Position numbers and translations under genes: made by a program. A stretch of 64,000 nt of DNA from Candidatus Latescibacterota bacterium (GTDB lineage Bacteria; Latescibacterota; UBA2968; UBA8231). Positions 36,700 to 46,711 of this stretch are shown piece by piece. How positions within the stretch are numbered: position 1 is the stretch's first letter; each line of letters begins with the position of its first letter. The notes under the pieces were generated by a model, which saw only the letters and a list, made by a program, of their open reading frames with translations, had not been told where the DNA came from and did no database searches. Location: the NCBI GenBank assembly GCA_965204725.1, contig OZ242005.1, forward strand, positions 2,720,001-2,784,000, in the 5' to 3' direction.

Positions 36700-39201
36700 T
36701 CAGTACGCGTTAGCGACGAGTTTGGTAATCGTCGTTTGCTTGACTTGGGCGTCAACTTCTATGCCGACCCGACACAGATACAGGCCCGGTGGCGTCAGGC
36801 GGCCCTGATCGTCGCGCCCATCCCAAGTCAAACGATGCACTCCGGCGGCCGATGCCACCACCGGGGCCTTGTGCCGCACGCGCCGGCCGTCTAAGCCATA
36901 CACCTCTAGCACCAGCGCCTTGGCATTCTGCACCGCGAACACCGGGAACACCAATTCCACTACGTCGTTGATCCCGTCCCCATTGGGCGTAAACGGGTTG
37001 GCTGACGCGATCACCTCGCCCAACAGCCCGCCGCTAAATGGGGTCAACACCTGTAAGCGGCGGCCGGCATCGACTCGCTGCCACACGCGCTCGTCGCCTT
37101 CGCCCAAGCCCACTTGCACGGCAAAAGCATTGCTGGCAAGGTAGAGCACGCCCGAAAATTGCAACGCGACCAACTCCGCTTCGGCGGTCACGGGCGCGGG
37201 GAGCCGCACCCACAGCGAATCAGCCCCGGTCGGCAGCCGCGTCACGGGCACACGCTCCGCGCCCACGACCACTTCCTCTAAATCGACCGTCGCCCCGTGC
37301 GGCAATACCACGAGCACTTGGTCGAAGCCGCGATTGTCGGCTTGGAACTGCGGCTGCAAAGACAGCGTGAAGGTGGTGCGCTCCCCCCGCTGCTCGGTCT
37401 GCCGCGGCTGCACCTCGCCTAGGACTTGACTGGCCAAGGGCCGATCCAACGCGATGTGCATCCGGCGCAACAACGCCCCTTGGCCGGGGTCGTCCGAGCG
37501 CAACGTGGCCTCCACTATGGCGTACCGGCGCGGGCTGGGCGAGGCAATCGGCGCGTCCGAGGCCGCGTAGAACGGACTCCAAGAACTCCAGTCGGGGCCG
37601 GGGACTACTGAGACGGTCGAATCGCCCCGCTGAAAGCTGAGCAGCTTGCGATATTGGGCCGCGGTCACTTCTTTCCCGGCCGTGGTGAAGTAGTGGATTT
37701 CCTCGTCGAGCTGATTGCCGGTGCGCGTGCGAAATTGTACTTGAGTGCCTAGGGGAAGGTCGGCCGCCCAGTGAATGGAAGATAGGATGCGCGGGTCGCG
37801 GCCCAGCTCCATAGGCCCCGATTGGAGCGTCACCTGCGGGAGGAAGCCGCGGCCGTAAAGCTGGAGCTCGCGGATGCCGGCGTTGGCCCAATTCGGGACG
37901 ATGAGCACCCGGTAGTCCATCTTAAAGTAGCGCGCCTTGGTCAGCGGAAAGGCATTGTCCTGATAAAAAATGTGGGGGAATAACCCGCTGAAGCGGCCCG
38001 GCTCTTGATCGGCGGTTTCTCGCACGGCCAGCGCGATGTACGACAGGCTGCCGTCTGGGTTGCGCTGCCCATTCGAGAGGTTGATGGCGTAGTTGGGGAA
38101 CGCGCCGGTAAAGCCGTGGGCAATGTTTTCGCGGTCAAAGCCGATGACCACGCGGCTGATCCAGAACCAAGTCCCCAAGTCGAAGAGGAGCTCGCGGTCG
38201 AACTCTACGTCGATGTGCTCGCCGCCGCTGACGCCCACTTGCTCGGTCCACACGGTCTTGTAGTCGCCGTCAATGGCCAAGCGTTCCGTCCCAGTATTGC
38301 TCGTGCCTCCGATCAACCCACTCCGGCTCAGCGCGCCCAAGCTGATGTTGTCGCCTTGGGTCCACACCTCGACCTCGGCCAGCCGCGGTCGCTCCCGTCG
38401 ATAGTACTGAATTGGGCCGGCGCGCTCTGCGCTCAGTGCGGCGTGTTGGGCTTGATCGATCGGCCGCAAAATGCCCGAGGACTCGCGCAAGAAGTAGAGC
38501 ACGTCGCCGCGCTCTTCCGCCGGCAAGCGGTTCCAGCGGGCCTCGCTGACTTCGTGCCCTTGGCCTCTCGCGCTGGCCGTAGCCACGATCTGGACGAACT
38601 GGAACATGTCGCCGACAAACCCGGCGTCCGCTTCCTGCGAGGGCTTGAGGTCAAACTCAAAGACGCGCTGGGTTTTGTTCAAGCCTTCGCTGCGGCCGGC
38701 CGGCGCGAAGCGGAGGGCCTTGCTCTGGGAGAAAGCCGGGAGGCCGTTGGACGTGAGCACCTTGAATTGCAGAAAGGGATCGCCCAAGCCTTCCGGGGCG
38801 AATTTTACCACGATCTTGTGCGCCCACACCAAGCGGCCCAAGTCGATTTCGACCCACCAATCGCGGAGGGGGGCGTCCAAGTCCGGCTCCCAGAAGGTTT
38901 GCTCTTGGCCGTCTATGATCTGGGCGGCCTCGGCCAAATGGACGCCTGCGGCCCGCACCCCGCCCGGTACGCCTTCGGCCGACACAAAGTTTGGAGCGTC
39001 TAGCACGGCGTTGATTTGCTCGCGAATCGAGTGCGGCCGCACCCCTTCCGGGCCGAATTGCACCGTGCCCGCGGCGACCTCCCATTGCGCCCAGTCGCTC
39101 TCGTCAACGGCGACTCGGTCCGCTGCGAGGCGGTAGCCTTGGGGCCACGCCGCCGGGGCCGCGATCAGCAGGGCGCAAGCAACCAGCCGCAACCAAGTCA
39201 C
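36700..39201 (-). CDS. Secreted protein with C-terminal FlgD-Ig/CHU_C-like domain
   Basis: GTG start overlapping the upstream stop; signal peptide; WWVEIDLGR, SPSPRRY, NPFTPNGDGIND, WDGRD. Confidence 0.8.
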   Translation of the reverse strand: MTWLRLVACALLIAAPAAWPQGYRLAADRVAVDESDWAQWEVAAGTVQFGPEGVRPHSIREQINAVLDAPNFVSAEGVPGGVRAAGVHLAEAAQIIDGQEQTFWEPDLDAPLRDWWVEIDLGRLVWAHKIVVKFAPEGLGDPFLQFKVLTSNGLPAFSQSKALRFAPAGRSEGLNKTQRVFEFDLKPSQEADAGFVGDMFQFVQIVATASARGQGHEVSEARWNRLPAEERGDVLYFLRESSGILRPIDQAQHAALSAERAGPIQYYRRERPRLAEVEVWTQGDNISLGALSRSGLIGGTSNTGTERLAIDGDYKTVWTEQVGVSGGEHIDVEFDRELLFDLGTWFWISRVVIGFDRENIAHGFTGAFPNYAINLSNGQRNPDGSLSYIALAVRETADQEPGRFSGLFPHIFYQDNAFPLTKARYFKMDYRVLIVPNWANAGIRELQLYGRGFLPQVTLQSGPMELGRDPRILSSIHWAADLPLGTQVQFRTRTGNQLDEEIHYFTTAGKEVTAAQYRKLLSFQRGDSTVSVVPGPDWSSWSPFYAASDAPIASPSPRRYAIVEATLRSDDPGQGALLRRMHIALDRPLASQVLGEVQPRQTEQRGERTTFTLSLQPQFQADNRGFDQVLVVLPHGATVDLEEVVVGAERVPVTRLPTGADSLWVRLPAPVTAEAELVALQFSGVLYLASNAFAVQVGLGEGDERVWQRVDAGRRLQVLTPFSGGLLGEVIASANPFTPNGDGINDVVELVFPVFAVQNAKALVLEVYGLDGRRVRHKAPVVASAAGVHRLTWDGRDDQGRLTPPGLYLCRVGIEVDAQVKQTTITKLVANAY

Positions 39202-39911
39202 GCCAGCCTTTCCTCTCGCACCGGCTGGCACGCCGCGATGAATTCCTCAGCCGTGGTGGTATAGCCGATCAGGTGTTCAAAGTTGCGCAGCGTGATCCGG
39301 TTGATCCAACCGCCTTCCGGTAGGCTGTCGTCTAGCGTGTCTGGCATCTCGATAGTACCGGGGGCGTTTGAACAATCGCGCAAGAGAATGACGCGGTAAT
39401 TCCGCCCTACGGCTTCGGCGCAGGTGTAGTGCAAGCAGGCCCGCCGGCTGTAGCCGACGACGAACAGCGTCTTAATGCCATAGCTGCGCAAGTGCTGGTC
39501 CAAAAAGGTGTCGTGGAAGCCACTCCAGATCCACTTGGGAAAATTGCGCTCGTCGGCGAGGGGGGCCACGCAGTCGAGGTATTCGGGTTTGTATTCTTGC
39601 CGCGCCCAGCTTGCAATGCCGTCGTCCCCGCTGCGTTCCTTGGTCTTGCCCCAGACCTCGCCCACGATGTTGCCGGGATCGGCCACCAAGCGCAGGTCGT
39701 TGTGGACATAGTTGACCAGCATCTTGCGGTCGCGGGCGGCTTGCAAGGCCGGCGCGATGAAGTTTTTGGTCGTTGGATTGGGCGAGCGCCCATCGACATC
39801 GACCAAGAGAAAGGCGCACTCGGCGAACTGTAAGGCTAGGGTCTCGTACCCGTAGTCGTACCCGCCGGGATAATCCTTGTAATAGCGAATGGGGATTTGA
39901 ATGGTGGTCAT
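39198..39911 (-). CDS. Cysteine hydrolase / isochorismatase family
   Basis: LLVD, K..WSGF.DT.LD..LRS.GIKTL.VVG....C, Y.VILLRDC. GGAGG RBS. Confidence 0.85.
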   Translation of the reverse strand: MTTIQIPIRYYKDYPGGYDYGYETLALQFAECAFLLVDVDGRSPNPTTKNFIAPALQAARDRKMLVNYVHNDLRLVADPGNIVGEVWGKTKERSGDDGIASWARQEYKPEYLDCVAPLADERNFPKWIWSGFHDTFLDQHLRSYGIKTLFVVGYSRRACLHYTCAEAVGRNYRVILLRDCSNAPGTIEMPDTLDDSLPEGGWINRITLRNFEHLIGYTTTAEEFIAACQPVREERLA

Positions 39912-39938
39912 GGGGCCTCCTTGGCTGTGAATGCTCCG

Positions 39939-41846
39939 TTAGTAAACTATCGCTATGGTCCCCGCTCGCTGGTCGCCGCCTTTTTCCGACTCCACGGATA
40001 GGCGATACACGTACAGGCCCGGGGGCACCTGCGCGCCGCTTGCGTCGCGGCCATCCCAAGAAAAGCGCAGGTCGCCGCTGGGCTGTTGCCCGTCGTGGAT
40101 CACCCGCAGCGAGCGGCCCGACAGGTCGAAGACCGCGAGGCGCAAGGGCACTTGTTGGGTTACTTGCAACAGCTTAAAAGAGAAGTGAATGTGCTCGTTT
40201 ATCCCGTCGCCATTGGGGGTGGCAATTTTCGGCTGCACGATTAGGTCGTCGAGCAGCCGACGGGAAATTGAGGTGCGGACCGTGAGGACCTCGCTCGCTA
40301 TCTCATTGGCCGCATTGCCGCGATTGATGGGTTGCGCCAGCTCTAGGGGGCGCTGGGTATCCCGCACCCAGCCGCGGAAAGTCGTGCCGTAGCGCAGCAC
40401 CAGAGCGCGGAAGAAGACCTCGACCACCCCGCCAGAATCCCCGGCCGTGCGCGGGGGAAACAGGGCCACCGAAAAGCGCAGCGAATCCGGCGCGATATGC
40501 ACGGCAAAACTGTCTAAGCCGGTGGCTTGGACCGAATCCACACCGACCACGCCAAAGGGCGCGGCGATTTCTATCGCGTCAAAACCAGAGTGCTCGGCGC
40601 GGATGAGCGGCTGAATGGCATACTGGAACGACGCGATTTCGCCCAAGGCGACCTCGGGGGGATAGATTTCGCCCAGCACCTCCTCGGCGAGCGGCGGCTT
40701 GGTCGCCGAGAATTCGATGAACGCTAGCTCGCCGCCCTCGCTGCCTACGGGCAAAAAATCGACCCGCAGTTGAAAGACCGAGTTGGGGCCGGGCGAGGCG
40801 ATGGGCGTGCCGCTGCTGTCGGCAAAGGCGTAGGGCGACGACCAGAAGCTCCAGTTGTCCGTGTCGTAGGTGATTTCGCCGGCCTCGCCCGGTTTGAGAA
40901 AGAGATAGTCGGTCGCGTCGAGGGGCTGGCCGGCTTCGTCGAGCGACGTTACCTCATCGCCCCGGCCGGTGAATCGCCAGTACACGTTTGGATCGCGATC
41001 GTTGCCGGCCCGCGATTGGATCCAGACGCGGGCGCGGGGGTCTTTGCGACCGCGCCAGCGGATGTCGCCCCACACGGCCGGCTCGCCGAGGTCGATAAAC
41101 GGGCCGACGTACGACGCTTGGTGCGCGTAGCCCACGCCATAGACCTCCAATTCGCCGATCCGCAGGGCCTTGGGCGACGCGCGGTAGAGCAACAGGCCCA
41201 CGCTGCGGGCGAGGGCCGGAGGAAAGCGCACGTCTATGGTGTCTTGCACGTTTTCGGGCAGCTCAAACACGAGCTGACCGCCGAGGCGAGCGGCACCATA
41301 CCCGGATACGTTGTCTTTTTTTTGCACGCCTAGATCGGCGGTTACATCCAACTTGTCGGGATAGAGACCGCTCTCAGCGGCGACGATCCGCACCCGGTTG
41401 ACAAAGAACAGGCCGCCGAGGTCCATGGTGATGCGCCGCGTCTCCAAGTAGCGCTGGCCGGTGAATCGGCTCTGAATGCCCTCCACCCACTCCCAGAACG
41501 TCGCCCGATCGGCGTCGATCATGTTCTTGGAGAGATCGGTGATGGAATAGCTCGCGACCCCGCTCACCCGCACGTAAGGCCCCCCGCGCCGGTCGGCACT
41601 GGTGAGGGCGATATTGGTTGCTGGCGTCAAAAAGATCGGCCGCAGCGTTCCGGCGGCGAGTGCCCCGGCGTCGAGGCTTTGTTCCTCCGCAAAGTCGCTC
41701 CAAGACAGTTGATGGAAATTCACGCCGGCTTGGCTTGGTCGGGGTACGTCCTCGCCGCCGAGGCGGTAAATCTCCACGGCCCCGCCCTTTCCGGCCGCGA
41801 GGGCCGCGACCCCGAGGGCGGCCGCGAGTAAGGTCCTTTTTCTCAT
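39939..41846 (-). CDS. Secreted protein with C-terminal FlgD-Ig/CHU_C-like domain
   Basis: Signal peptide; DLGG.F.VNRVR, WSFWSSPY, GEIYP, TPNGDGINE, WDGRD...VPPGLY. Confidence 0.8.
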   Translation of the reverse strand: MRKRTLLAAALGVAALAAGKGGAVEIYRLGGEDVPRPSQAGVNFHQLSWSDFAEEQSLDAGALAAGTLRPIFLTPATNIALTSADRRGGPYVRVSGVASYSITDLSKNMIDADRATFWEWVEGIQSRFTGQRYLETRRITMDLGGLFFVNRVRIVAAESGLYPDKLDVTADLGVQKKDNVSGYGAARLGGQLVFELPENVQDTIDVRFPPALARSVGLLLYRASPKALRIGELEVYGVGYAHQASYVGPFIDLGEPAVWGDIRWRGRKDPRARVWIQSRAGNDRDPNVYWRFTGRGDEVTSLDEAGQPLDATDYLFLKPGEAGEITYDTDNWSFWSSPYAFADSSGTPIASPGPNSVFQLRVDFLPVGSEGGELAFIEFSATKPPLAEEVLGEIYPPEVALGEIASFQYAIQPLIRAEHSGFDAIEIAAPFGVVGVDSVQATGLDSFAVHIAPDSLRFSVALFPPRTAGDSGGVVEVFFRALVLRYGTTFRGWVRDTQRPLELAQPINRGNAANEIASEVLTVRTSISRRLLDDLIVQPKIATPNGDGINEHIHFSFKLLQVTQQVPLRLAVFDLSGRSLRVIHDGQQPSGDLRFSWDGRDASGAQVPPGLYVYRLSVESEKGGDQRAGTIAIVY

Positions 41847-41858
41847 GGCGTCCGCCCC

Positions 41859-44564
41859 TTAGTCCAGCCCGGCATAGACCGTCACAAACTGGGATGCGCC
41901 GGTAAAAGCGTCCTCGCCCTTGCGGTCGATGCGGTTGACGCGCAGGCCCATCTGGGTGGTCAAACTGTATCCTAAATACGCGCCGGTATTGGAGTATTGA
42001 ATGGCGAGCACTGTCTCGCGGTAGTCGGGCGACAGGCCCAAGGCGCGTACTTTTTCCGCGTCTTCGAGTTGGCTGAATATGGTGTACTCCAACCCGGCCC
42101 TCAGCTCGGAACGGGTCAGGATGGCGACCTCGCCGATCAAGAACAAGAGCAGGGCGTTTTCCTTGCGCACGGGATCGTTGCTCAGCAGCGGCGCTTCGCG
42201 GCGGTGTTCGTTCTTGATCTTGGGCGCGAGCACCACGCGGCCGATCGTACGCCGGTACTCGGCCTTGTTGATCAGGCCGAAGAACTGGAAGTTTTCGCGC
42301 ACATCCGGCTGCGCGTCGTTTTGGTGCCAGATGTCGTATTTCAGCTTGTTGGTGAAGGTCAGGCCGGGGACGCCGGTGTAATCGAAACGGACAAATGCAG
42401 AGTTGATGTAGGTGTTGAGCGCGGCTAGGGGGTCTTCTATCCGCTGCAACGCGCCTGGGGCCCCGGTCGGCTGCACCCACTGGACGACGTTGTCGGCAAT
42501 CTCGTCCTCGACCCGCTTGAACATGTCGAAGACGCGGAGCCGACCCACGCCGGCGATGTCCTTATCCCAAGTGACGACGCCGTATAAGGTTTGTTCGCGC
42601 TTCTTGGCCGAGAGCACGCGCTCCTGTTTGTAGCCGGCCGTCAGCCGCATCTCGGGCACGAGGTGCATCCCGATATATGCATTGTAGCCGCGGCGGTTGC
42701 GGTCGTAGGGGTAATCCGGGTCCTCGTCGTTTTCAAAGCGGTCGATCCAGAAGTTGTTGTTCATGTCCATGCCAAACAAAAACTCTGGGCGATCTACGTG
42801 GTAGCGCAGGAAAGGCTCCTCGTAGTCGGGGACGAAGTTGGGCCGGAACTCGTTGTCGTTCTGGTTGAAATCAGAGATAAAGTCGAGGTTTTCGTCCCAC
42901 CCGGGGAAAATCCGCAAATCCGGCCCGAACTGGTTGAGGCGCAGCCAGTCGGGGATGCGGTCTTGGTCGTCGTTGTCGTCAACCCACTCGTAAAAATTGG
43001 TCGTTGGATCGGTGTAGTCGATGTCGCCCGAAGGCGAGGCAATCAGGCTGGTGGTGCCGTAGTTGTAATCCATGCTATAGGCTTCGGCAAAGAGAAAGTA
43101 GGGATAACTTTTCTTCGACAGATTGACCATAAAGGCATTGGCTTGGTCCGCAGCCGTGTGGTGCGTGGCAAAGGCGCGGTTGGGGTATTTGCGATAGTGC
43201 CGACTGCGGTCAAATTCTGCGTACAGATCAAACCCCAGTACGCCCCGCACCGCCAAGGTAAATCCGTAGATGTCGTTGCCGGTCGGCAAGCCATAATCGA
43301 GGCGCAACAGCCCCAAGTTGGAGCCATCGCGGACGTTACCAGCCGCTCGCTTGGCCGTCAGAAAAACGGGCTGGCCCTCGGGTATGTTGAGTTGGCGATC
43401 GGAGCTTATCTCAATGTGGTAGTCGTTGGCGACCACCAACTCTAGCTGAGCGCGGCGAATGGTGGAAAGCTCCGGGCCGCTGTACGACGGGGAGCGGAAG
43501 TCGTAGGTTATTTCGATGCGCTCGTCGCCATCGGCCGCGAGGAAGCCGAGGCGTTGTAAGCCGCCATCAATGACCGGCTCAAAGCCGATTTGGCTGCCCC
43601 GCACCGTCTCTTTCTCGACCGCGACGATGCGCTCGCCGTCTTCTGTTTCGCGCGCCACTTCGGTCTCGGATTCAATGAGGATGTCCCACGAAAATAGGGC
43701 GGCCCCGCCCTCGCGGTCTTCGGGCGAGTCGTCGCTCAGGCGGATGAAGATCTGTCCGACATGCTCCAGATTTTGCCCCACCGTCAGCGAGCCGGTCCAC
43801 GGGTTGCCCTCAAAGCTCTCCAGCAGGGTTTGCGAGTTGTGGGCGTTGACATAGAGGCCGCCGACCTCGACAAAGTCGCCGATCTGGGTCGTGCCGTAGA
43901 AGCCCAATAGGTTGGTGCTATTGGTGGTTTCAACCGACACGGTCCGCGCCAGCCCCGGGGCGCTGATCCGCGACATCAAGACGGTCAGGTTGTACTTGTC
44001 GGACTGAAAGTCGGCTTGGATGCCGTCGAAGGCCGGCTTGGAGAACGTCATCGGCGTCAGGGTCGTGCGGATCTTGCTGCCGATGGTCAGGGCCAAGTTG
44101 TTTTGCCCTTTTTGGTCGGAAGCAATGACGAGTTCGTTGAACCATGCGCTGAACCTAGAGGTCTTAAAGACCGTGCTGCCAAACTGCTGAGGCTGGTTTT
44201 GGCTCCAGTCGTAGATGAGCCAGCCGCGGTTGATAAAAGACCCGTAGAGGTCGTAAAAATAATCGCCCTCAATGTCGCTGGAGACGTAGCGCTGGTACAG
44301 GTCGCGGGCGTAGTTGGTGTATTCCCACTGCTTCCAGCCGTAGAGCTGATAGAGCTCTTGGGGCGCGTACCAACGCCGCACGGCCGGGTCTAAGGCGTCG
44401 AAAAGCACCCCCGGCCCGCGTGGTTCGTAGGACACCTCGCCGCCCCGCGACACCCCCAACCGATGGCCGTAGTCTTCCCGTCCCTGCGCTCCAATATCGC
44501 CGCTGGTCGCCGCGGCAAGCAGGGCTGTGAGCAAAAGCAAATTCCGTCTGGCCACAGTACGCAT
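41859..44564 (-). CDS. Large exported protein with Asp-rich Ca-binding-like loops and a probable beta-barrel C-terminus
   Basis: Signal peptide at ATG 44564; DDNDDQDRIPD, WDENLDFISD, DMNNNFWID; amphipathic strands ending FVTVYAGLD. Confidence 0.75.
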   Translation of the reverse strand: MRTVARRNLLLLTALLAAATSGDIGAQGREDYGHRLGVSRGGEVSYEPRGPGVLFDALDPAVRRWYAPQELYQLYGWKQWEYTNYARDLYQRYVSSDIEGDYFYDLYGSFINRGWLIYDWSQNQPQQFGSTVFKTSRFSAWFNELVIASDQKGQNNLALTIGSKIRTTLTPMTFSKPAFDGIQADFQSDKYNLTVLMSRISAPGLARTVSVETTNSTNLLGFYGTTQIGDFVEVGGLYVNAHNSQTLLESFEGNPWTGSLTVGQNLEHVGQIFIRLSDDSPEDREGGAALFSWDILIESETEVARETEDGERIVAVEKETVRGSQIGFEPVIDGGLQRLGFLAADGDERIEITYDFRSPSYSGPELSTIRRAQLELVVANDYHIEISSDRQLNIPEGQPVFLTAKRAAGNVRDGSNLGLLRLDYGLPTGNDIYGFTLAVRGVLGFDLYAEFDRSRHYRKYPNRAFATHHTAADQANAFMVNLSKKSYPYFLFAEAYSMDYNYGTTSLIASPSGDIDYTDPTTNFYEWVDDNDDQDRIPDWLRLNQFGPDLRIFPGWDENLDFISDFNQNDNEFRPNFVPDYEEPFLRYHVDRPEFLFGMDMNNNFWIDRFENDEDPDYPYDRNRRGYNAYIGMHLVPEMRLTAGYKQERVLSAKKREQTLYGVVTWDKDIAGVGRLRVFDMFKRVEDEIADNVVQWVQPTGAPGALQRIEDPLAALNTYINSAFVRFDYTGVPGLTFTNKLKYDIWHQNDAQPDVRENFQFFGLINKAEYRRTIGRVVLAPKIKNEHRREAPLLSNDPVRKENALLLFLIGEVAILTRSELRAGLEYTIFSQLEDAEKVRALGLSPDYRETVLAIQYSNTGAYLGYSLTTQMGLRVNRIDRKGEDAFTGASQFVTVYAGLD

Positions 44565-44581
44565 CCTTTGTTTATCCCGCG

Positions 44582-46306
44582 TCAATAGGCGATGGCCACC
44601 GCGCGGCTGCTGCGCTCCATGCCGCTGTCGGTCTCCACTTCGACTTGTACGATGTAAGTCCCCGGCAGGAGTAGGTCGCCCCGGGCATCTCGGCCATCCC
44701 AAGGCCGCTGGAACCGCCCGCTTTCGCTGCCAGCGACCGGCAACGCCGCGACTAGATTGTGCGCCAAGTCGTAGATCCGCAGCGCGACCGGCGCTCGGCC
44801 CGTCAGATAGAGCAAATCGTAGCTGATCGTGGTGTAGTCGTTGACGCCGTCGCCATTGGGCGTAAACACGGCCGGCGTTGCCGACACCCGATACACCAAG
44901 TGCTGGCCCCGCAAGGGCACTCGGACGCTCAAGTCGTCTCCGGCCAAGCGGGCCGCGGCGTTGCCGCTGGCGATCGCTTGGGGCAGTGCGCCCTCCCGCG
45001 TGGTGTCGAGCAGGCGTCCGGTGAACACGGTCTCATAGCGCAGGACGGCCGTGTCGAAAACCACTTGCAGGACGCGATTGCCGGTCTGGCGTGCAAAGCT
45101 GGCTCGCAGGCCGTTGGCCCCTAATTCCGCGCTGAATTCGAGTGCTTGGCCATCCACGCGCAAGGCGTGTAGGGCGCGGACCGGGGCCGGCGTGTCGATT
45201 TCCAAGCGGTCGAATCCTTGGGCGTCTGTTACCTCGATGGTATAGACGAAGCTCGTATCCACGCCTACGGGGACTTCCTGCGGCCATATCTCGCCGACGA
45301 TGGATTGGGCCAAGGCCGGGCGAAACACCTCGAAAGCGAGCGAATCCACGGCCATGCCGTCTTCGAGTCCATCGCTCTCAAACGACATGCTGAACTGGAA
45401 ATAGCGGCGCGGCGCCGGCGAGCGGATCCGCTCGCCGCTGCTCCGATAGGGCGAGGACCAAGGGCTCCAACTCGCAGGTTCGTCGTCCGGCGAAGGGCTG
45501 CGGCCGCTGCGGGTGCGCACGACGAGCCGCGACCGCTGCGGCAAGCCCACTTGCTCGGTCGCCCATTGCAACCGGCCCCACAGCGCGTCCTGCTCCAAGT
45601 CGAAGACTTGGGACAGGTAATCCGCCTCGGGCACGAATCCGCTGCCAAAAATTTCTAGTTCGTCGATTTCCCAGTTGAATCGCTGCGTGGATTCCAAGCG
45701 AATATAGCGCACGTATTGCAGAGGGAATCGCACGTCGATGGTGTCGCGGCTATTGCTGCCGTCTTGGGCCATGACCGTTAGCAAGGTCTTGTCCGGCAGC
45801 TTATCGACCGAGGCCGCCACAATGTCTGCGCCGAATGCGCCGTCGTTGATGGAGAGCACATAGCCTTTCATAAAGTCGCTCTTGAAGGCTTGGCGCGGGA
45901 AGAAGCGAATGCGATTGACGCCAAACCGAGCACCTAAATCGACGACGAGGAGGATTCCGGTGGCCGCGACGTCCTTGGCCTCGAAAGCCGTGGTGGGATC
46001 GCCATCTACCATGCTGTGCAGGCGCTCTTCAAGCACGGCCGAAGTCAAGCGCAAAACGGCTTGGGCGTTGGGCGAAGTCACCCGACCGCCGCGCTCGAGA
46101 ATCCCGGCGGCGATATTGGTGTTTGCCGCCACGCTGCGGGGCTGGATCCAACCGGCGCGTGAGCGGAAGTCGATGACCGGCGCGGCGGCAGTCGCCTCCT
46201 GCCAAGTCGCGCCGCTTCCGCTGCCCCCGACGACGATGTTTTCCGTCGCGAGGGCGGCTGTCGCGAGCAACCCGACGAGGGCCAAGGCATTGCACTGTGT
46301 GTTCAT
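44582..46306 (-). CDS. Secreted protein with C-terminal FlgD-Ig/CHU_C-like domain
   Basis: Signal peptide; VDLGARFGVNRIRFFPR, WSPWSSPY, SPAPRRYFQ, FTPNGDGVND, WDGRD. Confidence 0.8.
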   Translation of the reverse strand: MNTQCNALALVGLLATAALATENIVVGGSGSGATWQEATAAAPVIDFRSRAGWIQPRSVAANTNIAAGILERGGRVTSPNAQAVLRLTSAVLEERLHSMVDGDPTTAFEAKDVAATGILLVVDLGARFGVNRIRFFPRQAFKSDFMKGYVLSINDGAFGADIVAASVDKLPDKTLLTVMAQDGSNSRDTIDVRFPLQYVRYIRLESTQRFNWEIDELEIFGSGFVPEADYLSQVFDLEQDALWGRLQWATEQVGLPQRSRLVVRTRSGRSPSPDDEPASWSPWSSPYRSSGERIRSPAPRRYFQFSMSFESDGLEDGMAVDSLAFEVFRPALAQSIVGEIWPQEVPVGVDTSFVYTIEVTDAQGFDRLEIDTPAPVRALHALRVDGQALEFSAELGANGLRASFARQTGNRVLQVVFDTAVLRYETVFTGRLLDTTREGALPQAIASGNAAARLAGDDLSVRVPLRGQHLVYRVSATPAVFTPNGDGVNDYTTISYDLLYLTGRAPVALRIYDLAHNLVAALPVAGSESGRFQRPWDGRDARGDLLLPGTYIVQVEVETDSGMERSSRAVAIAY

Positions 46307-46328
46307 ATCGCGTGCCCGGACGGCTCAG

Positions 46329-46583
46329 TCAGTTCAGCACCTTCAACAGGATGGTCAGTTGTAGCCCCACAACGCCGAACAGAATGCCAATAATCCAGCG
46401 GTTGGTCGCACGAAGCTCGGCAATGGCTCGCTCAATGCTGTCCATGCGGGCGTTGACTTGGCGGAATTGTTCGCCCATCCCGCGTTGTATATCGTCCAAG
46501 CGGCGGTCGAGCTGCTCGGCGATGCCTTCTAGCCGTCCAATGCGGCGGTCGTGGTCTTGAGCTTGGGTAATCGGTTCGTTCAT
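46329..46583 (-). CDS. Small coiled-coil protein with C-terminal TM helix (DUF1640/XhlA-like)
   Basis: DRRIGRLEG heptads then RWIIGILFGVVGL; paralog of 47781-48011. Confidence 0.8.
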   Translation of the reverse strand: MNEPITQAQDHDRRIGRLEGIAEQLDRRLDDIQRGMGEQFRQVNARMDSIERAIAELRATNRWIIGILFGVVGLQLTILLKVLN

Positions 46584-46646
46584 GGTCGTTATCCTATCGG
46601 TTGGGAACAACTCGTTACGAGTGTGAGGAAAGGGCGGAAAGAATAC

Positions 46647-46686
46647 AAAAAAACCGCCATGCCAGGTCGGAAGCCCGGCATGGCGG
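46647..46686 (-). terminator. Rho-independent terminator
   Basis: Minus strand CCGCCATGCC...GGCATGGCGG stem followed by TTTTTTT, just downstream of the 46712 stop. Confidence 0.9.
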
Positions 46687-46711
46687 CACTCGATCTACGC
46701 GCCAAAAGCAA

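Noticed and set aside
22149-46306. Flagellar hook-capping FlgD genes or T9SS core machinery
   Set aside because: Only the C-terminal Ig-like tail is shared; no flagellar or por/spr/gld core genes are recognisable in the window.
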